Source: Bacillota bacterium
Lineage (GTDB): Bacteria > Bacillota > DTU025
DNA length: 64,000 nt
Reading direction: 5' to 3'
Assembly (NCBI GenBank): GCA_050951805.1
Contig: JBMNJT010000002.1
Coordinates: 320,001 to 384,000 of the forward strand
Shown here: positions 10,405-21,372 of the stretch, in pieces
Numbering within the stretch: position 1 is the stretch's first letter
How the letters are laid out: each line of letters starts with the position of its first letter
Position numbers and translations under genes: made by a program
Notes under the pieces: model-generated
Databases searched by the model: none
The model's input: only the letters and a program-made list of their open reading frames with translations
What the model was told of the DNA's origin: nothing

Positions 10405-10806
10405 TTGGTCAAATCGGTGGACCATATAGGAATTGCGGTGGCAGATCTTGAAGAGGCCCTCAAACTGTATACCGAAACGTTCGGACTTGAGCTCCAAGGA
10501 ACTGAAGTGGTGGAAGAGCAGAAGGTCAAAGTTGCTTTTCTACCTATAGGCGATACGGAGATAGAACTTCTTGAGTCGACCGATCCTGAGGGTCCGATCG
10601 CCAAGTTCATAGAAAAACGGGGACAGGGAATTCAGCACATAGCCTTGAGAGTGGACGACATCGACGCTGCGCTCGATAAGATGCGGGCTGAAGGGATCAG
10701 GCTCATCGACGAGAAGCCTCGCTATGGAGCAGGCGGAGCGCGGATCGCTTTCCTGCATCCGAAAGCTACAGGTGGAGTCCTTATAGAGCTCTGCGAACGC
10801 AAGTAA
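10405..10806 (+). CDS. mce: Methylmalonyl-CoA epimerase
   Basis: VDHIGIAV, EIELLE, GIQHIA, FLHPKATGGVLIEL; operon context. Confidence 0.95.
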   Translation: MVKSVDHIGIAVADLEEALKLYTETFGLELQGTEVVEEQKVKVAFLPIGDTEIELLESTDPEGPIAKFIEKRGQGIQHIALRVDDIDAALDKMRAEGIRLIDEKPRYGAGGARIAFLHPKATGGVLIELCERK

Positions 10807-10821
10807 AGTGAGGTAGACGCT

Positions 10822-11529
10822 ATGCAAGCAAAGAGGCTTCGAAAACTGACCGTATCTATGATTGTTGCCGTAACCCTGGTCGTTGTGACTGCGGGTGCCT
10901 GTTCTGCGCAGGTGGGCGGCGGTGGGAACTCAGTCGGATGGGTTTTCCTCAGGGTTGATGATCTCAATGAATCTCTGGTTGATGCCGAATTCAACCAGCT
11001 TCCCGGCGGCATGCTCACGTGGGGCGGCTATGGAACAGTTGGTGTCGGAAACGGAAAATGGTCCATAGGCGGATGGTATGGTGGAGGCGAGGCCATTTCG
11101 AAGCCTACTGCCGGAGCAGAGCCGAAGATAGCTACTCTTGCGCTCAATTACGGGGGAATCTTGGTTGAATACAGTGCCGTGGATTCTCCGAAAGCCCATG
11201 TCGGATTAGGTACAGTGCTTGGAGGGGGAATGGCGTCGCTTACTACAAAGCGCGGCATGATCTCCGACTTTGACGAGGCGCTGGGCGCGGCCAGCTCTGC
11301 TTCGGTCTGGCGGCCTTATCTTCTGGCGCAGCCCCAGGCATCCATAGCTTTCCCGCTGTCGGCGCTAATCGATATTACGATCACTGGAGGATACTCTCTC
11401 TTGTACAGCCCGACCGGATGGATGGATGGGATGACCTTCAAGGATTCATTCGATGGCCCTATGAAGAGCGCGGGACTGCCCTTTGTGCAGCTATCCTTCA
11501 GCTTCGGGCCGCCGCCTCTGGGAATATAG
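10822..11529 (+). CDS. Exported protein, probable outer-membrane beta-barrel
   Basis: Signal peptide; Gly/aromatic-rich amphipathic strands (YGGILVEY, LGTVLGGG, ITITGGY, FVQLSFSFG). Confidence 0.55.
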   Translation: MQAKRLRKLTVSMIVAVTLVVVTAGACSAQVGGGGNSVGWVFLRVDDLNESLVDAEFNQLPGGMLTWGGYGTVGVGNGKWSIGGWYGGGEAISKPTAGAEPKIATLALNYGGILVEYSAVDSPKAHVGLGTVLGGGMASLTTKRGMISDFDEALGAASSASVWRPYLLAQPQASIAFPLSALIDITITGGYSLLYSPTGWMDGMTFKDSFDGPMKSAGLPFVQLSFSFGPPPLGI

Positions 11530-11577
11530 CGGCAAAGCCTGCGATTTCCAAGTGAATCGAGCGCGGCTGGAGCAGTT

Positions 11578-11628
11578 GCAGTCCCCTGCCCTGGTGATGC
11601 ATCACGAGGCAGGGGACTTGCTTTTTTG
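11578..11628 (+). terminator. Intrinsic terminator of the mutase operon
   Basis: Stem gtcccctgcc(11581-90)/ggcaggggac(11608-17) followed by ttgctttttt. Confidence 0.8.
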
Positions 11629-11952
11629 CGAAAGGCGCTCGGGTGGATGGATCTAGCCTTCCAGAGTGTTGCTGCAGCTGCTCGCATTCGCAAATGCCTG
11701 AGGCTGCGGTGATTTGGGCAAAGCGATGTTCTCCCACAAACCTGGCATAGTAGCGGCAACGTTACGTATCTCGTCGCAGGATACGTGGGCGTAATCTCTG
11801 CGAGGCCGCTTTTCGATGCAGAAATTGCTTCGATGGTGGGGACAACTTGCTTGCGGGAGCACGGATTTGGCTGAGTGGGCGTGAGTGGAGTGCTTCCGCA
11901 GTTTGCGCCACAGCTTGTGGATGAACTACAGCTTTTGTTGGGGGGTGTGACC

Positions 11953-12270
11953 ATGGTCGATGACGGCATTCATGGATGGAATGTGCCTGAAATAAGGGAG
12001 GCGGTATTTTGGTGGTCGGAGGAACGCGCCGAGCTTGTTATGGCTGATGCAATGGAAAGGGCGCGTCGTATTGCTGATCTTCTAGGAACTCGCTATTCGG
12101 CCCCTGCGGTCACGCTGTATGGATCCCTCGCAGAAGGTTGCATCCTAGTTGAAGGGTTCAGGGGCGATTACTGGGAAATGTACGTCATGGCTGACGAGAT
12201 AGCCGACCCTTTGAGCATGCGCGGGAAAGGGGGATCTGCATTTCAGACCAGAGGACTACCTGGTGATTCA
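11953..12270 (+). pseudogene. Minimal nucleotidyltransferase (MNT antitoxin), internally deleted
   Basis: AMERARRIADLLGTRY..AVTLYGSLAEG is present, but the SDxD catalytic motif expected after GS is missing. Sits upstream of a HEPN remnant. Confidence 0.65.
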
Positions 12271-12690
12271 GGCCCGAATAGCCAAGGAACGAGAGAATCT
12301 TAGTCACCTCATCTATCCTGTGGCGGTTTCCGCTTGTAGGCATTGCGCATACTCGGATCGATGCTCCACGATTTCTACACGTTCGTGGAGAACATCGCCA
12401 AGACCGTGGCTATGAGGATTGATGGGCATGACTGGCACAGAGAAGTTGCTGGAGCAGATGAATCCCCGGACTCTGTCCGCCGCTCTTGTCCAGCGGCACA
12501 GCTGCGCTCCTCGACAGGTTCCGTGCGTGTTCAGGAACATCTACGGATTTCAACCGGATGCAGATCGGACGCTAGAGTTGGTCTGCGATATGCACAAGAC
12601 TGTGTCGGCGCTCAACTCTGACCTGGACTGTCACGTACGTGAGATCGACCGCATAACACGGTGGAAGCCAGAAGAGCCTTTGGCCACCTC
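12245..12690 (+). pseudogene. HEPN (HepT/RepT-like) RNase toxin, frameshifted
   Basis: Pieces in different frames: DYLVIQARIAKE, LGSMLHDFYTFVENIAKTVAMRIDG, DWH, LLEQM, FRNIYGF..D.DR. The RH part of the active-site motif is deleted. Confidence 0.7.
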
Positions 12691-12836
12691 CGGAGAGAGA
12701 AGAGAACATCCCCCGTCCGTCTGGCCTTGTATTGGCCGGGAGGAACGGGGGATGACGAGTTCTGTCTGCCCATCTGAACATTGGCACATGCCGGTGCGAT
12801 TATCCAATCACCTGCTCATCACGGATGTCAACTCGT

Positions 12837-13967
12837 CTATCCAAACCTAGACAGCAGAACTCCCGCGACTATTGCAGAACCTATGACTCCTGCTACGTTG
12901 GGCCCCATGGCGTGCATTAGCAGGAAGTTGCCTGGGTTTTCATCTTGGGCCACTGTCTGCACAACGCGGGCCGCCATGGGAACGGCTGATACGCCGGCTG
13001 CTCCGATAAGCGGGTTGACCTTGCCCTTAGTAAGTCGGCACATAAGGTTTCCCAGCAACACTCCGCCTGCTGTGCCCCCTGAGAACGCCACAAGCCCCAA
13101 GAGAATTATGCTTATAGTCTGCCATGTCAAAAAGCTTTCGGCACTGGCTGTTGCTCCTACAGTGAGCCCCAAGAAGATGGTGACTATGTTGATCAGCTCG
13201 TTCTGGGCCGTCTTTGAAAGCCTGTCTACAACGCCGGATTCGCGGAACAGGTTGCCCAGCATGAGCATTCCCACCAAGGCTGCAGCCGATGGCAGCATCA
13301 GTCCTACAACGACAGTCACTATGATTGGGAAGAGTATCTTCTCCTTCTTGGATACGGGACGAAGCTGCTCCATCACGATTTGACGGTCCTCTTTGCGTGT
13401 AAGGGCACGCATAATAGGAGGCTGGATTATCGGCACTAAGGCCATGTAGGAGTAGGCAGCTATTGCTATCGGGCCCAGAAGTTCCGGTGCTAGCCTGCTC
13501 GTGACGAATATAGCTGTTGGGCCGTCTGCGCCGCCGATGATGCCGATCGACCCCGCTTGCGCCGGCGAAAACCCTAGGAGCAGTGCGCCGAGAAACGTGA
13601 TGAATATTCCGAACTGAGCGGCGGCTCCCAGGAAGATCGTAGACGGATTGGCAAGCAGGGGACCGAAGTCGGTCATTGCGCCTACGCCCAGAAATATGAG
13701 TGGCGGGTATATGCCTAACTTGACGCCTTGGTAAAGATAGTAGAGCAATCCTCCAACAATGCCGTCTTGCGGACCCTCCATGAGCCCAGCAGCCGGCAGG
13801 TTTGCTAAGAGCATTCCAAAAGAGATCGGAAGAAGGAGCAGCGGCTCAAACTTCTTTACTATCGCCAGGTACATGAGGCAGCCCGCGATAGCGAACATGA
13901 CGAGTTCTTTCCATGTCAGGACAGCAAAGCCCGTACTGTATAGGAACTCGACGACTGCTTCTTGCAC
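12837..13967 (-). CDS. mmdB: Na+-translocating methylmalonyl-CoA decarboxylase beta subunit
   Basis: [56 protein letters not shown]. Confidence 0.95.
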   Translation of the reverse strand: MQEAVVEFLYSTGFAVLTWKELVMFAIAGCLMYLAIVKKFEPLLLLPISFGMLLANLPAAGLMEGPQDGIVGGLLYYLYQGVKLGIYPPLIFLGVGAMTDFGPLLANPSTIFLGAAAQFGIFITFLGALLLGFSPAQAGSIGIIGGADGPTAIFVTSRLAPELLGPIAIAAYSYMALVPIIQPPIMRALTRKEDRQIVMEQLRPVSKKEKILFPIIVTVVVGLMLPSAAALVGMLMLGNLFRESGVVDRLSKTAQNELINIVTIFLGLTVGATASAESFLTWQTISIILLGLVAFSGGTAGGVLLGNLMCRLTKGKVNPLIGAAGVSAVPMAARVVQTVAQDENPGNFLLMHAMGPNVAGVIGSAIVAGVLLSRFG

Positions 13968-13983
13968 TGAAAGTCGCCCTCCT

Positions 13984-14382
13984 TTAGGCCGGGTCTATGG
14001 ATACTAGGAGATCTCCGGTGTTGACCGAGGCCCCCTTCTCTACTGCTATATGCGTTACGACGCCTGATCTGCCCGCAAAAATCTCATTTTCCATCTTCAT
14101 AGCTTCCAGCATCGCCACAACAGTCCGCGGTTCGACTTTGTCGCCCACCTTGACCTTGATGTCGATTATCGTGCCTGGCATGGGTGCGGTGACTGATGTG
14201 CCGCGACCTGATGCCGCCGGTTTTTTGGAAGCTGCAGGCTTTGCAGGGCCCGCGGACACAGGGGCGCTGGGAGTCGGCGCTGCTGGAGCGGGTTGGGCGG
14301 CCGCCGGCGTTCCCATTCCGCCGATCTCTTCTACTTCGACTTCATAAGTGGTTCCGTTGACTTGAACCCGAAACCTTCTCAC
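13984..14382 (-). CDS. mmdC: Decarboxylase gamma subunit (biotin carrier)
   Basis: Ala/Pro linker and EAMKMENEI biotinylation motif. Confidence 0.93.
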   Translation of the reverse strand: MRRFRVQVNGTTYEVEVEEIGGMGTPAAAQPAPAAPTPSAPVSAGPAKPAASKKPAASGRGTSVTAPMPGTIIDIKVKVGDKVEPRTVVAMLEAMKMENEIFAGRSGVVTHIAVEKGASVNTGDLLVSIDPA

Positions 14383-14431
14383 TTGAACAATCCCCCTCGA
14401 AATCGGATTGAACTTGGTATTTAGATCCCCG

Positions 14432-14863
14432 TTATGCCCTGGATCGTCCGGACATCAGATCTTGCCTGCCGGCAAGCCCCCAGAGGTTCGCGGCGACTGG
14501 GCCTACCTGTGTAACGGATTTTACACGGACCGGGGCTGCTCCTTCTTCCATCAGTATCGCCATTACAGCCGCGATCGCGGCAACCTGCTCTTCTGAATAG
14601 TCTTCTGCGCGCCCTTCAAATTCGGAACCGCGATGTGTTAGCTCCTCATCGTCTGACGCTGTGATTTCGTCGCGTATCTCGGTTTCAGCCCTGTCCCCGA
14701 CTGCGTATCCCGCGGGTGCGCGCTTGCGATCTGAGGCGCGTCCCATTAGGATCATTATGACCTGAAGGATGGCCAGACCGATGAAGGTGACCACCATTCC
14801 CAGAACCAGGGTTTGCAGGCCGAGGATTAGTTCTTCACCTACAGTCATAGAATCTTCCCCCAA
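14432..14863 (-). CDS. mmdD: Decarboxylase delta subunit (OadG family)
   Basis: Single N-terminal TM helix (LGMVVTF), VAAIAAV segment and C-terminal W...GR motif; lies between mmdA and mmdC. Confidence 0.85.
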   Translation of the reverse strand: MGEDSMTVGEELILGLQTLVLGMVVTFIGLAILQVIMILMGRASDRKRAPAGYAVGDRAETEIRDEITASDDEELTHRGSEFEGRAEDYSEEQVAAIAAVMAILMEEGAAPVRVKSVTQVGPVAANLWGLAGRQDLMSGRSRA

Positions 14864-16414
14864 TCATACAGGAATGTTCCCGTGCTTCTTGGGAGGTCGA
14901 GTCTCCCGCTTAGTTGAGAGCATGTCCAATGCATCCATAAGCCGTCGGCGGGTTTCTGCCGGATCGATCACATCATCCACATATCCACGTTTGGCCGCGG
15001 CATACGGGTTGGCAAACTTCGACCTGTACTCGGCTATTTTTTCGGCCCTGGCAGCCTCAGGATCTTGGGCTGCTGTAATCTCCTTGCGGAAGATGATGTT
15101 TGCTGCCCCGTCTGGGCCCATAACAGCTATTTCAGCATCAGGCCACGCGTAGACCACATCTGCCCCGAGGTCGCGGCTGCACATGGCGAGATATGCTCCG
15201 CCGTAGGCCTTGCGGACTATCAATGTGATCTTGGGAACTGTGGCTTCGGAGTAAGCATAGAGAAGCTTGGCTCCGTGACGTATGATTCCCCCGGTCTCCT
15301 GGTTGACTCCAGGGAGGAACCCGGGAACGTCAACTAGGTTGATTATGGGGATGTTGAATGCGTCGCAGAACCTGATAAACCGCGCCGCTTTGTCGGACGC
15401 ATTGATGTCAAGGCAGCCTGCAGCTACTTGCGGCTGATTCGCGATGATGCCGATGGGCCGCCCTCCTAGGCGTGCGAAACCCACGATTATGTTCCTGGCA
15501 TAATGCTGGTGAACCTCGAAGAAGTCGCCATCGTCAACAAAGCGGAGTATCACATCGTGCATGCTATAAGGTCTGTTTGACTCTTCAGGCACAATCTCCC
15601 TGAGTTCAGGTATGATCTCGGCTGACGATGCATTTTCCAGGGCTTGAACGGGGGGATCTTCCAGATTGTTCGACGGCAGATAGGAGACGAGTTTTCGGAT
15701 AGCCAAGAAGCAGTCATCTTCAGTGTCATACATAAAATGCGCCACGCCGCTCACGGTATTGTGAGTAGTGGGGCCGCCAAGTTCGTCTGCGCTAACCTCT
15801 TCTCCCGTCACTGTCTTGATTACCTGTGGACCGGTGATAAACATGTTTGCGCCTTGAACCATGAATATGAAGTCTGTCAGAGCGGGGGAGTAAACTGCAC
15901 CGCCGGCGCACGGACCCATGATCACGGATATCTGAGGTACAACGCCTGAGGCTATGGTGTTTCTGTAGAAGATCTGCCCATACCCTGACAGGGCGTCGAC
16001 GCCCTCCTGGATCCTCGCTCCTCCCGAATCGTTGATGCCGATGACCGGTGCTCCGACTTTCATTGCCAGATCCATGACTTTGCAGATTTTCTTTGCGTGC
16101 ATCTCCCCGAGGGATCCGCCCATTACCGTGAAGTCTTGAGCGAAAATGAAGACTTTGCGACCGTCTATAGTTCCATAGCCGGTTACAACCCCTTCGCCCG
16201 GCAGTTCTTGCTCAGGCATTCCAAATTCCTGGCACCTGTGCTCCACGAACATGTCCAGTTCAGTGAAACTGCCCGGATCCAGAAGCCGCTCAATTCGCTC
16301 CCTTGCGGTCAATTTGCCGCTAGCATGCTGCTTCTCGATCCTCTTTGGACCGCCTCCCTGAATGACTTTTTCTCTTTGGGCCTTCAACTCGCGGAGCCTG
16401 TCGTTATCGCCCAC
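14864..16414 (-). CDS. mmdA: Methylmalonyl-CoA decarboxylase alpha (carboxyltransferase) subunit
   Basis: [52 protein letters not shown]. Confidence 0.95.
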   Translation of the reverse strand: MGDNDRLRELKAQREKVIQGGGPKRIEKQHASGKLTARERIERLLDPGSFTELDMFVEHRCQEFGMPEQELPGEGVVTGYGTIDGRKVFIFAQDFTVMGGSLGEMHAKKICKVMDLAMKVGAPVIGINDSGGARIQEGVDALSGYGQIFYRNTIASGVVPQISVIMGPCAGGAVYSPALTDFIFMVQGANMFITGPQVIKTVTGEEVSADELGGPTTHNTVSGVAHFMYDTEDDCFLAIRKLVSYLPSNNLEDPPVQALENASSAEIIPELREIVPEESNRPYSMHDVILRFVDDGDFFEVHQHYARNIIVGFARLGGRPIGIIANQPQVAAGCLDINASDKAARFIRFCDAFNIPIINLVDVPGFLPGVNQETGGIIRHGAKLLYAYSEATVPKITLIVRKAYGGAYLAMCSRDLGADVVYAWPDAEIAVMGPDGAANIIFRKEITAAQDPEAARAEKIAEYRSKFANPYAAAKRGYVDDVIDPAETRRRLMDALDMLSTKRETRPPKKHGNIPV

Positions 16415-16525
16415 ATAAACTCACCTCGCATCATTGTTCAAACAGGCCATTGTATCTCGGCGTGATACAGCTGATACATGAGAAGCCACCGCGCATGTGC
16501 GCGGCGACATATGGATACCGCTTAC

Positions 16526-16531
16526 ATTATA
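16526..16531 (-). promoter_or_regulatory. Candidate sigma-A -10 box for the mmd operon
   Basis: TATAAT on the minus strand about 110 nt upstream of mmdA; -35 weak. Confidence 0.35.
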
Positions 16532-16710
16532 CACTTAGATGGCGTTTGGGGCTAGGAGCTGGGTGGGTTGGATGGAAAATCCGATGTAATATTGGCACCC
16601 TCTAAAACATAAAAGATGGGAATTGACTTTCGAGTGTAATAGAGGAATGGGACGGCGTATGAAGTATCATTCCAGGTAAATGAAGAGCTTTGTAAGACGC
16701 TATATGAAGG

Positions 16711-17781
16711 GTGGCACGGAAGATGGAATGGATTGAGCTTAGGAGCGACACTCTTACGCTCCCAACTGAAGAGATGAGAGACGCTATGCGCAATGCCAAG
16801 GTCGGAGATGATGTTTGGGGTGAGGATCCCACCGTAATCCGCCTTGAAGAGCTGGCTGCGAAGAAGGTGGGAAAGGAGGCGGCCCTGTTCTTGCCGTCTG
16901 GGACGATGGGTAATCTCGTGGCTGTCATGACACATTGCAGCAGGGGGGATGAGATCATTCTCGAGGCGGAAAGCCACATCTACTACTATGAAGTGGGGGG
17001 CTTGTCGGCTGTGGCCGGAGCGGTGCCTCGGCTTGTCTTGGGTAATAGCGGTGTGCTCGATCCAGACGATGTAAGGGCTGCGATCCGCGAATCGAATATC
17101 CATTACGCTCCAACAACGTGCCTTGCCATTGAGAATACACACAATCGCGGAGGAGGGACTGTGACTGATCTAACCATCCTTGCAGCTCTCCACGATGTTG
17201 CGAAGGATCGCGGGCTTTCGATACACATGGACGGTGCCAGGATTTTCAATGCCGCTATCGCGCTTGGGGTAGATGCATCCCAGATCGCCTGTCACGTGGA
17301 TTCGGTCATGTTCTGCCTTTCCAAAGGCTTGTCGGCGCCTGTAGGCTCCATGCTTGCGGGGGACGCTGACTTCATTGCCCGAGCGAGGAAGAACCGGAAG
17401 ATGGTTGGCGGAGGGATGAGGCAAGCCGGTGTGCTTGCGGCAGCCGGGATAGTGGCGCTAGAGAAGATGGTGGACAGGCTTGCCGAGGATCATGCAAATG
17501 CCCGCGCGTTGGCGGAAGCTTTGGTGGACGTGCCGGGGATTGAAATCGATCTTTCGACTGTAGAGACTAATATGGTGGTCTTCGATCTTTCGCGCCTGGG
17601 GATCGGATCTAACGAGTTCGCTGCCGAACTGAGCGCGGAGGGGGTCCGCGTCAGCACCAGGCCGCCCCATGGTCTGAGGGCCGTGACCAACAGGCATTTC
17701 ACAGCTGACGATGTTGAGCGGGCTGCTCAGGCAGTAAGGACTGTCTGCTGCAGGCATGCCGCTCCGTGCAGCGGCGCATAG
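16711..17781 (+). CDS. ltaE: Low-specificity L-threonine aldolase
   Basis: LRSDTLT, GDDVWGEDP, PSGTMGN, ENTHN, HMDGARIFNA, CLSKGL (PLP Lys), GGGMRQAG. Confidence 0.95.
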   Translation: MARKMEWIELRSDTLTLPTEEMRDAMRNAKVGDDVWGEDPTVIRLEELAAKKVGKEAALFLPSGTMGNLVAVMTHCSRGDEIILEAESHIYYYEVGGLSAVAGAVPRLVLGNSGVLDPDDVRAAIRESNIHYAPTTCLAIENTHNRGGGTVTDLTILAALHDVAKDRGLSIHMDGARIFNAAIALGVDASQIACHVDSVMFCLSKGLSAPVGSMLAGDADFIARARKNRKMVGGGMRQAGVLAAAGIVALEKMVDRLAEDHANARALAEALVDVPGIEIDLSTVETNMVVFDLSRLGIGSNEFAAELSAEGVRVSTRPPHGLRAVTNRHFTADDVERAAQAVRTVCCRHAAPCSGA

Positions 17782-17891
17782 CCCGTTTGAGTCTGCTTTC
17801 GGGCAGTCCGCAGCGAAGGATGGGTCATGATATGCAAGACGCCCGGCGAATAGAATGTGGTGATCATTCTGGCCTGGGGAGGGACATCGAG

Positions 17892-18398
17892 ATGATCGGG
17901 CTTGTATCCATCATCATTTTCTGGGCTGCTATAGTGCCGCTGATCACCCTCATCCATAATCTTGGCCATGCTGCAGCCGCCTTGGCTCTCGTCCCTGAAC
18001 ATGGTGTTGTGGTCCGTTTGGGGTCGGATCCCAAGATTTCGCTGGTCAGGCGGGGGAGGCTGGAGGTGTTGCTTCAGCCTTGGAGCGGATGGGTCGGGCG
18101 CTGGGGATGGACTGCAGGTGTTGTGGAGGCTAGGCGGGCGCACTTTGTTTGGATCATGTTGGCCGGTCCTTTGGCATCGATCCTTGCGGCATTGCTTTTT
18201 GGCGTAGTGAAGAGCATGTTCGCTGCGGGGCCCCTGTTCATGCGCGACCTGGCGCAGGCCGGGATGGTTGCGGCGATAATACAGTTCGCTGCTTCGATAT
18301 TGCCCGTGACGTATCCGTCTTGGCTCATAGGGTATTCTGACATGTGGAGTGACGGCCTTCGCCTATGGCGTTGCCTTGCAGGGAAGACAACTGAATAG
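17892..18398 (+). CDS. Peptidase M50-like membrane protein with altered HExxH (HNLGH)
   Basis: IHNLGH in TM1, AGP motif, C-terminal SDG; ATG 17892 after GGGAGG. Confidence 0.65.
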   Translation: MIGLVSIIIFWAAIVPLITLIHNLGHAAAALALVPEHGVVVRLGSDPKISLVRRGRLEVLLQPWSGWVGRWGWTAGVVEARRAHFVWIMLAGPLASILAALLFGVVKSMFAAGPLFMRDLAQAGMVAAIIQFAASILPVTYPSWLIGYSDMWSDGLRLWRCLAGKTTE

Positions 18399-18889
18399 CC
18401 GCGGCGCCTCCAGCCTGGCAGGAGATGGAGGCGGCTGAGGGGAACGAGCGGCGGTGACGATCCTGATTTGGAGGAAGAGATCGCAAATGGCCGGGTCGGT
18501 GTGAATCGTTCTTGTTGCGGTTGCTGCGCACTTTTCACGCTCATCCATGAAGTTGCTCTTGCGTTCGTGTTGCAACATGATGCTTCCACATGGTTTTAGT
18601 GCGGCTGCTAGGTGCATGGGAAGGACGAATCAGCCTCCGATTGACTCCTGCGCCGGCACGGATCAGGCAGCGCCGAAGGCCTTTATGGGACCTCAGGTTT
18701 GAACTTCAGATAGTGCAGCGCAGCCCCCTCACATTGGCACTGCTCAAATGCTGGTTGAGAGTTGCTCTTGTTGCGAGGGAGCCGAAATGGGCCTGTGGCT
18801 ATTGTTTCTATAAAAGGACATCATTTTCTCTGCATAAGGTCATTAACTGAGGCCGTTAGCTGAAGAAGCTGTCCGTCTTATGCTACTTC

Positions 18890-19468
18890 TCAGATATAGC
18901 AGACGTTTGTGGTATTCTCGCGGCGTGCCTGAACATACTCGTCTTTCGTGATGCCCATGAGAATCATGTCCCAGTAGTGCCCGTCGTAGTAGCGTTGCTG
19001 GCGTACGCGGCCTTCGTCCCGGAACCCGCACTTGAGGTAGCACCGATGGGCACGTTCGTTGTATTCGAATACAGTGAGGTTGACTTTGTGCATGTTGAGG
19101 AAGTCGAAGGCGAAACCGAGGGCAAGATCGATGGCTTCACCGCCTAAGCCCTGTCCCAACATTTCTTCCCGGCCTATTACAATTCCAAGCTCGCAGTTGC
19201 GGTTTCGCCAGTCTATTTGGTGCAAGCCCACTGCGCCTACGTACTCCAGCTGGGGGTCATCGGTGAGGGCTATCACAAACTGGCCCTCGCTCGGCACGTG
19301 CTCCTTGCGGAGCTGCTGCTCGATGTAGGCTTCGGTCTCTTCCAATGTTTGCGGGAACATCATGAATCCCAGATACTTCGTTATGTTCTCATTACCTATC
19401 CATTCCTGGATGCGCCCTGCATCCTCTTTGCGAAATTCGCGAAGAACGACTCTGTTGCCACGGAGCAT
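18890..19468 (-). CDS. GNAT family N-acetyltransferase (RimJ/RimL-like)
   Basis: IDWRNRNCELGIVIG, GQGLG, NERAHRCYLKCGF..EG. Confidence 0.9.
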   Translation of the reverse strand: MLRGNRVVLREFRKEDAGRIQEWIGNENITKYLGFMMFPQTLEETEAYIEQQLRKEHVPSEGQFVIALTDDPQLEYVGAVGLHQIDWRNRNCELGIVIGREEMLGQGLGGEAIDLALGFAFDFLNMHKVNLTVFEYNERAHRCYLKCGFRDEGRVRQQRYYDGHYWDMILMGITKDEYVQARRENTTNVCYI

Positions 19469-19746
19469 CGATTTCGCCTCCTAGCTGTGCTTGCTGAAGG
19501 GGGGTGCGTTTCGTACACCGCGTCTGTCTCGATATTGATTGTGCGGTCGGCCTAGCTGCGGGCTGCTTTGGCAGAGAAAGTATGGGCTGTCAGACTCGAA
19601 AAGAGACGGATCCTATACGACCTGATCCTGCACCGACCAGTAGTTTGTCAACATCGCTTACGATGCCGAGGCCTGCCTTGTCTGATTGATGCTCAGTTCT
19701 TTGGAGCCGTCAGGCGCTCCATCACAGCTTGCCTTAAGGGAACGCT

Positions 19747-21045
19747 TCAGGCAGGCGTTCTAACAACCAGTGGCGTATTCGCCAGTCGGCAGCGCCCGTG
19801 TTCTTGCGCCTTTTCCCTTCTGCCTAAGCACACCTCTGCGTGGCATTCCTTCAGTTCATCAAGGCAGACTTCTCCATACTTGCCTGCCAGATTGATCAGG
19901 GCGACGTAGGAAGAACCGCTTCCACGCCAGACTATCTTGACTACCCCGTCCACGAGCTGGGAGACGGAAAAATGTGTGCAGGTGCCTTTGATCTTCTTGG
20001 ACAGCTCAAGTGCGTTTTCCATGAAGGCCGTGAATTCGTAGTCGCCGTTTGTCCAGTCTATTGGATCAGCTCCGAAAAGGTCGGGATAGTGTGCGGAAGC
20101 TATTTCCTGCCCGGCGTAAACCAGGGTTGCGCCGGGAAGCAGCGTATAGAAGACTGTCCAGTTCATTAAGGATCCCTTGTCCCTGATCATCTCCGCGGCT
20201 CGCGGGTTGTCGTGGTTCTCGATGAATCGCATTTTGACTGCGTGTGCCGGGTATAAGGTTTCCTGGATGTAAAGATGGTTGAGGTAGGCGTCGAGTCGAC
20301 ACTGGCCTTGGATGTACCCCTTGAGATAATCAAATCCGTCATAGTCGTATGTGAGATCGAATGCAGCATGAAGCTCGGGGTCGGAATGGGCCGTCCATCC
20401 GGTATCGCGCAGGATCTTGATGAAGGACTTGTCGACGCTTTCTGCAAGCCATATCAGGTTCTCCTTCCGCCCGCGCGAAAGCTCTTTGCGGGCCGTGAGC
20501 CAGAAATCGAGGGGCACCAGTGACGCTACATCGCAGCGGAAACCATCCACGCCCATCTGCACCCACTTGCGGAGTGTCTCTATTTGGTAATCCCAAAGGC
20601 CCTGTTGGCTGTAGTCAAGATCGTATACATCCCACCAATCCGGGACCTTGGTGGCCGGGTTCCCATGGTCATCCTGGAGAAACCACTCAGGATGTTGAGC
20701 GAGGAGAACGCTATCGCGGGAGGTATGGTTGAAAACAACATCAATTATTACCTTCATGCCCAAGGCATGTGCTTTGTTGATGAGTTCGTGAAAGGACTGC
20801 TCATCACCGAGGTCGGGGTTGATGGCGCGGTAGTCCCTGATCGCATAAGGACTGCCTAGGCTCCCCTTTCGGTTGGCTGCGCCTATGGGATGGATGGGCA
20901 TTAGCCAGAGAACGTCAGCATGTAGGCGTGATATTCTCTCGAGGTCGTGACAGAGTCCGGCGAATGTTCCGCTTTTCGAGTGGTTTCGAGGAAATGCCTC
21001 GTATATGACTGAGCTCTTGATCCAATTCGGAGTATCAATGGCCAT
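19747..21045 (-). CDS. GH13 alpha-amylase family glycosidase (cytoplasmic)
   Basis: LWLMPIHP, GSPYAIRDY, DVVFNH, GFRCDVA, WLAES, FIENHD catalytic regions. Confidence 0.92.
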   Translation of the reverse strand: MAIDTPNWIKSSVIYEAFPRNHSKSGTFAGLCHDLERISRLHADVLWLMPIHPIGAANRKGSLGSPYAIRDYRAINPDLGDEQSFHELINKAHALGMKVIIDVVFNHTSRDSVLLAQHPEWFLQDDHGNPATKVPDWWDVYDLDYSQQGLWDYQIETLRKWVQMGVDGFRCDVASLVPLDFWLTARKELSRGRKENLIWLAESVDKSFIKILRDTGWTAHSDPELHAAFDLTYDYDGFDYLKGYIQGQCRLDAYLNHLYIQETLYPAHAVKMRFIENHDNPRAAEMIRDKGSLMNWTVFYTLLPGATLVYAGQEIASAHYPDLFGADPIDWTNGDYEFTAFMENALELSKKIKGTCTHFSVSQLVDGVVKIVWRGSGSSYVALINLAGKYGEVCLDELKECHAEVCLGRREKAQEHGRCRLANTPLVVRTPA

Positions 21046-21285
21046 TGATGCGACCTCCTGTGTGGTAATCTCTCAGCTGAGCTGGTTGGGCCGTCAGGCA
21101 TGCGAATCATGGCTTCGCGTTGGCCTTTGCCTGAGGAACTAGTGCATATCATTTCGCCTGGCATGACTGCAATCCTTCTTAGGCCCATTTCCTTGTTGCA
21201 CCTGGCATGTGCCGGTTACATGAAGGTCATATCATGTTCACAGATGAAAGAGCAACGTTATGGCTAACGATTATCAAAAGAGATA

Positions 21286-21314
21286 TTGACATTGTCCATA
21301 AGTACCTTTATGAT
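21286..21314 (+). promoter_or_regulatory. Near-consensus sigma-A promoter
   Basis: TTGACA (21286-91), 17 nt spacer, TATGAT (21309-14). Confidence 0.75.
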
Positions 21315-21372
21315 ATTAATAACAGTATGAATAAGATTGATAAATGTGGTGCTCAGAGTTGGAGGGGCAGAG

